Notes under the pieces: generated by a model
The model's database searches: none
What the model saw: only the letters and a program-made list of their open reading frames with translations
Told to the model about the DNA's origin: nothing
Shown here: piece by piece, positions 35,806 through 40,000 of the stretch
How positions within the stretch are numbered: position 1 is the stretch's first letter
How the letters are laid out: every line of letters starts with the position of its first letter
Position numbers and translations under genes: made by a program
Source: Candidatus Altimarinota bacterium
GTDB taxonomy: Bacteria > Patescibacteriota > Gracilibacteria > UBA4473
Length of the DNA stretch: 40,000 nucleotides
Assembly: GCA_963677105.1 (NCBI GenBank)
Contig: OY781871.1
Span: 469,090 to 509,089, forward strand
Direction: 5' to 3'

Positions 35806-35817
35806 CTACATTTGATA

Positions 35818-35841
35818 TTAAAAATCCGGTCGATGACCGGA
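35818..35841 (-). terminator. Hairpin plus U-tract 14 nt upstream of the metG ATG (attenuator candidate, or distal terminator of the response-regulator gene)
   Basis: The minus strand reads UCCGGUC-AUC-GACCGGA-UUUUUAA. It is 185 nt downstream of the regulator stop (36025). Confidence 0.5.
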
Positions 35842-36024
35842 AAGAGCAACTCATGCGCATCCGACCACTGAATTAACAGAAGAACATCATCATTGGTACT
35901 CGCGCCATGCATTTCATCGCTCGTAGTCTGACTTATACAAAATATCGTGTCAACTTTTTGGCTCGCCATTATTGTGAATTTCTTATAACAAAGAACCTTT
36001 TATGTTTTTGTAATTTGTTCTTTG

Positions 36025-36705
36025 CTATCTCCCCTTTGGGGCGTCAGCGACAAGCATATAGCCATGTCCACGAACGGTTTGTAACATTTTTGCGTCTTTC
36101 TCGAGTTTTGAACGAATTGATCGCATATAAACATCGATTACATTTGATTGCGCGCCGATAATATCGCCCCAAACCTGCTCGCTTAAATCTGTGCGAGAAA
36201 GCACCACATTTTTGTGAGATAAAAATGCAAACAGCAACTGAAATTCTCGTCGAGATAGCGTTAATAGTTTTTGACGCAAACGAACTTCTTTTTTTTCGAT
36301 GTCCATGACGAGCGGTCCACACGCAAGAATATTGTGTTTTTTCTCTAAACGACGACGCATCAATGCTCGAACGCGAGCGATAAATTCTGCGATTGAAAAA
36401 TTCTTAACTAAATAATCATCTGCGCCGATGTCTAGACCTCGCACACGATCTTCAACTCTTCCATATGAGGAAACTATTAAAACTAACGACGTATTTCCTC
36501 CGGCCCTTAGTCTGCGGAGAAGCTCTAATCCTGAAATTCCGGGCAAACCAATATCTAGAACAATTAAGTCGAATTTTTGTTCTCGAGCGACATTGAGCGC
36601 GTCCTCTGCTGTATGAACAACTACGCATTCAAATTTTTCCCCATAGAGCGCTTGCTCAAACAAACGAGCCATGTGTCGATCGTCATCGATAATGAGACAT
36701 CTCAT
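36025..36705 (-). CDS. OmpR-family response regulator (no adjacent kinase)
   Basis: REC domain (DLIVLDIGLPGISG) plus a winged-helix C-terminus (TVRGHGYML). Confidence 0.88.
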   Translation of the reverse strand: MRCLIIDDDRHMARLFEQALYGEKFECVVVHTAEDALNVAREQKFDLIVLDIGLPGISGLELLRRLRAGGNTSLVLIVSSYGRVEDRVRGLDIGADDYLVKNFSIAEFIARVRALMRRRLEKKHNILACGPLVMDIEKKEVRLRQKLLTLSRREFQLLFAFLSHKNVVLSRTDLSEQVWGDIIGAQSNVIDVYMRSIRSKLEKDAKMLQTVRGHGYMLVADAPKGR

Positions 36706-36854
36706 GAAGTTATTATTTTATTTGAATTCTGAATCGTCGCTACAATTGTTAGAATAACACGCATACATTAAATTTTAATGAAGAAATATTATAAAATTAT
36801 AGAAAAGGGGAAAAACTTGCTGATACTTCAAGAAGAAATTATCATTAAAGGAGC

Positions 36855-37406
36855 ATGAAATCACGACCATCGCACTCAAATAAAATTGATCTGGTTCCTC
36901 TTTCACAAAACCTAAGAAAACTTGCCTTTGAGGACAAAGTTGCTCTCGGAGCACACGTCGGAACCGTGATCGCCTGTTTTCTTCCGTGGGTTTCTACCAC
37001 AACTCTCTACGGTCCGACCAATTTTATAAACGCATTCACTGGAGTCTCTTGGCTCATTGGATCGCTCGTGTTCATCCTTTCTCTTTTGGCGACAACTTCG
37101 TTTATTAATGAGTTGTTTGAAAAAAAACTTCCCCATATAAACATTCCCCGTACAACAATTATCGGTGTTGCAAGTATTCAGTCTTTACTGTTGCAACTAT
37201 GTGCTTGGTCTGTTCTTCGTTCTACAGGAAACGCTGATATCGAATTTCGATTTGGACTTGTCGCCTGCGTATTATTGCAAATTGTTGCACTCGTTGCAGC
37301 ATGGCTCCGTGCTCGTTCTTCAAAAAAAGAAGCTGTAAATAAATTTTTTCAGTTGCCAACTCAAGGAAAATCTGGAGAATCAACGACGAACCACAATACA
37401 ATATGA
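36855..37406 (+). CDS. Hypothetical polytopic membrane protein
   Basis: 183 aa with about 4 TM segments. SD AAAGGAG lies upstream. Confidence 0.5.
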   Translation: MKSRPSHSNKIDLVPLSQNLRKLAFEDKVALGAHVGTVIACFLPWVSTTTLYGPTNFINAFTGVSWLIGSLVFILSLLATTSFINELFEKKLPHINIPRTTIIGVASIQSLLLQLCAWSVLRSTGNADIEFRFGLVACVLLQIVALVAAWLRARSSKKEAVNKFFQLPTQGKSGESTTNHNTI

Positions 37407-37747
37407 GCGATTCAGATTCATTCCTTCATGAAGCACAGCAAGCGGGACGCGCCAGTGAAAAAGTAGAAATTAACGACCTTGATTCTGCTATTAATGCTAT
37501 CACGCATATTCTGAATGAAGATGCTGCAGAACAATATCGAAAAACCGAAGAAGATACTTGGCCACGTGCTACAATGACTGTCTATTGTCACGATTGTCGA
37601 ACCATTGTTCCTGCGGGAATCGGGAAAACTCTTCGGGGAAACGCTCGAACTGTTTGTGGAAATTGTCACAGCAAAAAAATATCTATGGGAAGAGAAGATG
37701 CTCTTCGAACCTTTTATCATCTTGAAAAACAAGAAGAAAAGAAATAA
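37403..37747 (+). CDS. Hypothetical zinc-ribbon protein
   Basis: CHDC...(19 aa)...CGNC. There is a 4-nt overlap with the upstream gene. Confidence 0.45.
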   Translation: MSDSDSFLHEAQQAGRASEKVEINDLDSAINAITHILNEDAAEQYRKTEEDTWPRATMTVYCHDCRTIVPAGIGKTLRGNARTVCGNCHSKKISMGREDALRTFYHLEKQEEKK

Positions 37748-37815
37748 TTTCTCAAGAAATACATACACTTTTTTATCGCAATATAAAAGGATTTTTTAGA
37801 TTATTAAAAAAAGTT

Positions 37816-37844
37816 TTGACACAAGTGTATGTTCTGTGTATGCT
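37816..37844 (+). promoter_or_regulatory. lexA promoter with embedded direct repeats
   Basis: TTGACA (37816-37821), 17-nt spacer, TATGCT (37839-37844), then 9 nt to the ATG at 37854. GTGTATG occurs at 37825-37831 and 37836-37842, and GTGTGCA at 37848-37854. Confidence 0.6.
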
Positions 37845-37853
37845 TTCGTGTGC

Positions 37854-38483
37854 ATGGACAAATACACACAATTGTTAACAGTTAAAGAGAGCGAAGCACT
37901 ACATGAAGTAAAACACGCTATTCGTCTCTTTGGAAGATTTCCTTCTGTGCGAGAACTCATGATTGCAATGGGATATCGATCGCCTCGTTCTGCTGCCGTC
38001 TTGTTGGAAAGACTTGAAAAAAAGGGTTTTTTGAGACGCGACAAACTCCAACGTCTTTGTATCGCGCCAGAAACGAAAGAAGACACTTCTTCTGCAGATA
38101 CAGTTGACGTTCCTTTGATTGGGGCTGCTCACTGTGGGACTCCTGACTGGGCAGAACAGAATATTGAAAATTATGTAAAGGTAAGCACTCGTCTTGCTCC
38201 GCGAGACCGACAACACTTTTTTCTACGTGCAGTAGGAGACTCCATGAATGAGGCACAAATAGACCCAGGAGACCTTGTTCTCGTCCGAGCACAAAACACG
38301 GCAAATAATGGTGATCGTGTTGTGGCACTTATTGATGACGAAGCAACTATCAAAGAATTTCAGAAAAGAGGAGACGTTGTCGTTCTGCAACCACGATCCA
38401 ACAATCCTTCTCACCAGCCGATTATTGTTACCGAAGCGCTCCAAATACAAGGCGTTGTCGTAACAGCTATTCCAACATCATAA
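37854..38483 (+). CDS. lexA: LexA repressor
   Basis: N-terminal winged HTH (FPSVRELMIAMGYRSPRSAAVLLERLEKKGFLRR) and S24 peptidase domain (VGDSMNEAQIDPGDLVLV, TIKEF). Confidence 0.88.
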   Translation: MDKYTQLLTVKESEALHEVKHAIRLFGRFPSVRELMIAMGYRSPRSAAVLLERLEKKGFLRRDKLQRLCIAPETKEDTSSADTVDVPLIGAAHCGTPDWAEQNIENYVKVSTRLAPRDRQHFFLRAVGDSMNEAQIDPGDLVLVRAQNTANNGDRVVALIDDEATIKEFQKRGDVVVLQPRSNNPSHQPIIVTEALQIQGVVVTAIPTS

Positions 38484-38733
38484 CATTTTAAAACACACAT
38501 ATACATGCGGCTCTACACACCAATCACCAGAGACATACGAACGGAAAGATCTCCAAAAAACGATCCAATTCTTCCAAAAAGCTTTTATGGGAATCAATAC
38601 GAAATGACGTTTGATGTTCAAGCCGATTCTCATCTCCGTTCTTTATTAAAAAGGGAAAATAAGTCCTCCCTCTGTGAATTCATAAACAGTTAATAGGACA
38701 TCCTACTTTTGTAATTTTTAAAACTCACACACA

Positions 38734-39738
38734 ATGGCAACAACAGATCCCAAAAAGGCGGCACTTCAGGCCGCTCTCACACAAATTGAAAAAAACTTTG
38801 GAAAAGGAGCGGTAATGCGAATGGGAGACCATGATCGACCAAAGATAGAAACCGTTAGTTCTGGTGCAACATCTATCGATATTGCGCTCGGTGGGGGATG
38901 GCCCAAAGGACGTGTTGTAGAAATCTACGGACCAGAAAGTTCAGGAAAAACTACTCTCTGTCTCCATGCCGCAGCTGAATTTCAAAAACAAGGTGGAACT
39001 GTTGCCTTTGTAGACGCAGAACACGCTCTCGATCCATCATATGCTGAAAAGGTTGGCGTTAAAATCGATGACCTTCTTCTTTCTCAGCCCGATTCAGGGG
39101 AACAGGCTCTGGAAATCGTTGAGGCTCTTGTACGATCTGGTGGAGTTGATCTAATTATTGTAGATTCTGTTGCCGCTCTCACGCCAAGGGCTGAAATTGA
39201 AGGTGCTATGGGAGACGCTCAAATGGGACTTCATGCTCGACTGATGAGTCAGGCCCTGAGAAAACTCACTGGAGTGACAAGCAAAACAAACACCACCATA
39301 ATTTTTATAAATCAAATCCGTATGAAGATCGGTGTTATGTTTGGGAACCCCGAGACAACAACGGGAGGAAACGCCTTGAAATTTTATTCGTCGCTCCGAG
39401 TGGAAGTAAGAAAAGGAGGAAAACTGGAGTCGGGAACTGGTGATGAAAAAGAAGCTCACGGAAATGCGATGCGCGTCAAGGTCGTGAAAAATAAGGTCGC
39501 ACCACCTTTCCGCACGGCAACCGTAGACATCATGTTTAATGAAGGAATCTCTAAGCTCTCAGACCTTCTCGAGACAGCTGTGAGATATGAAGTTATTGAA
39601 AAAGCTGGGGCATTTTACTCTTTTAAAGAAATAAAACTTGGGCAAGGAAAACTGAAAGCGATGGATTTCCTAAAGACGAATCCAAAAGTAGCGAAAGAGA
39701 TTGATATGTTATTGCGGAAAAAATTCGAAAAGAAATAA
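38734..39738 (+). CDS. recA: Recombinase RecA
   Basis: [18 protein letters not shown], Walker [38 protein letters not shown]. Confidence 0.97.
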   Translation: MATTDPKKAALQAALTQIEKNFGKGAVMRMGDHDRPKIETVSSGATSIDIALGGGWPKGRVVEIYGPESSGKTTLCLHAAAEFQKQGGTVAFVDAEHALDPSYAEKVGVKIDDLLLSQPDSGEQALEIVEALVRSGGVDLIIVDSVAALTPRAEIEGAMGDAQMGLHARLMSQALRKLTGVTSKTNTTIIFINQIRMKIGVMFGNPETTTGGNALKFYSSLRVEVRKGGKLESGTGDEKEAHGNAMRVKVVKNKVAPPFRTATVDIMFNEGISKLSDLLETAVRYEVIEKAGAFYSFKEIKLGQGKLKAMDFLKTNPKVAKEIDMLLRKKFEKK

Positions 39739-39755
39739 AGCTAAATATTCTAAAG

Positions 39756-39786
39756 AATCCCTCGTTTTACCGAGGGATTTTTTATT
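39756..39786 (+). terminator. Rho-independent terminator after recA
   Basis: AATCCCTCG-TTTTAC-CGAGGGATT, then TTTTATTT. Confidence 0.75.
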
Positions 39787-40000
39787 TACTTTTCCCAAAC
39801 AATACGTCCGCCCCTTCTACAAGAAAAACTTTCTCTATTCCTGCGTCAATCATTTTCTCCCAACAGCTTTCACAACACCACCAGTGTCCCCATAAATACA
39901 ATTCTGCTCCTTTGGGATTAGCGCCTCTTCTAAGAACATCTCGAAGGGCCGTTTGTTCCGCATGAAATTTTGGAGAACATCCTGGACAAGACCAATACAT
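39782..40000 (-). CDS. Cytidine/deoxycytidylate deaminase-family protein (dCMP deaminase/ComEB-like), C-terminal part; likely continues beyond the window
   Basis: HAEQTAL zinc motif and CCESC (PCxxC-type) motif. Only 12 aa precede HAE, so the Met at the window edge is probably not the true start. Confidence 0.55.
   Translation of the reverse strand: MYWSCPGCSPKFHAEQTALRDVLRRGANPKGAELYLWGHWWCCESCWEKMIDAGIEKVFLVEGADVLFGKSK

Noticed and set aside
35806-36024. Calling the metG leader a bona fide T-box riboswitch.
   Set aside because: AAUUCAGUGGUCGGAUGCGC matches the 14-nt T-box core only around UGGU, and I could not fold a convincing Stem I with a specifier loop. It is kept only as an attenuator candidate.
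37748-37853. Canonical SOS boxes (CGAAC-N4-GTTCG, CTGT-N8-ACAG, GTTC-N7-GTTC) upstream of lexA and recA.
   Set aside because: Only partial half-sites were seen (CTGT-N8-TCGT at 37834-37849; GAAC at 38539 without a partner). None is palindromic.
1-40000. tRNA, rRNA, CRISPR arrays, transposases/IS elements, and a DGR (reverse transcriptase with template and variable repeat pair) targeting the surface proteins.
   Set aside because: Reading the intergenic regions, I saw no T-loop (GGTTCGAATCC-like) motifs, no regularly spaced direct repeats, no transposase- or RT-like ORF, and no long near-identical DNA repeat pair. A computational repeat search would be needed to fully exclude a DGR repeat pair.

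Overview
Gene-dense (about 90% coding), roughly 40% GC bacterial chromosomal window using the standard genetic code (TGA ends conserved genes at the expected length). Housekeeping genes: lysS, purH, a divergent ndk, rmuC, ftsE, rny, trmB, glyA, a PurS-PurL fusion, metG, lexA, recA. These are interleaved with a type IV pilus assembly block (PilN-like, PilO-like, pilC and four minor pseudopilins on the minus strand, pilB on the plus strand). A PrgI/VirB4-like type IV secretion pair sits at the left edge; its VirB4-like ORF is missing from the supplied track. Compact overlapping genes, many starts without a Shine-Dalgarno sequence and no outer-membrane components suggest a Patescibacteria/CPR-like (possibly Peregrinibacteria-like) host; this is inference only. 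The main accessory region is 22.8-30.8 kb. It holds two divergently transcribed giant secreted proteins. One (1120 aa) has four cysteine modules that look like thrombospondin type-1 (ADAMTS-style) repeats, each split by an 80-135 aa helical or low-complexity insert. The other (1068 aa) has SBBP-like, PKD and BACON-like domains and a T9SS-type C-terminal sorting domain, which does not fit the inferred host. Non-coding observations: phase-locked heptamer arrays (WCAAAGT in gene sense) abutting four stop codons that lack hairpin terminators; several promoters whose -10 box lies 6-9 nt from the ATG (leaderless mRNAs); a hairpin-plus-U-tract attenuator candidate just upstream of metG; and phased GTGTATG repeats in the lexA promoter. 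I saw no tRNA, rRNA, CRISPR array or transposase.
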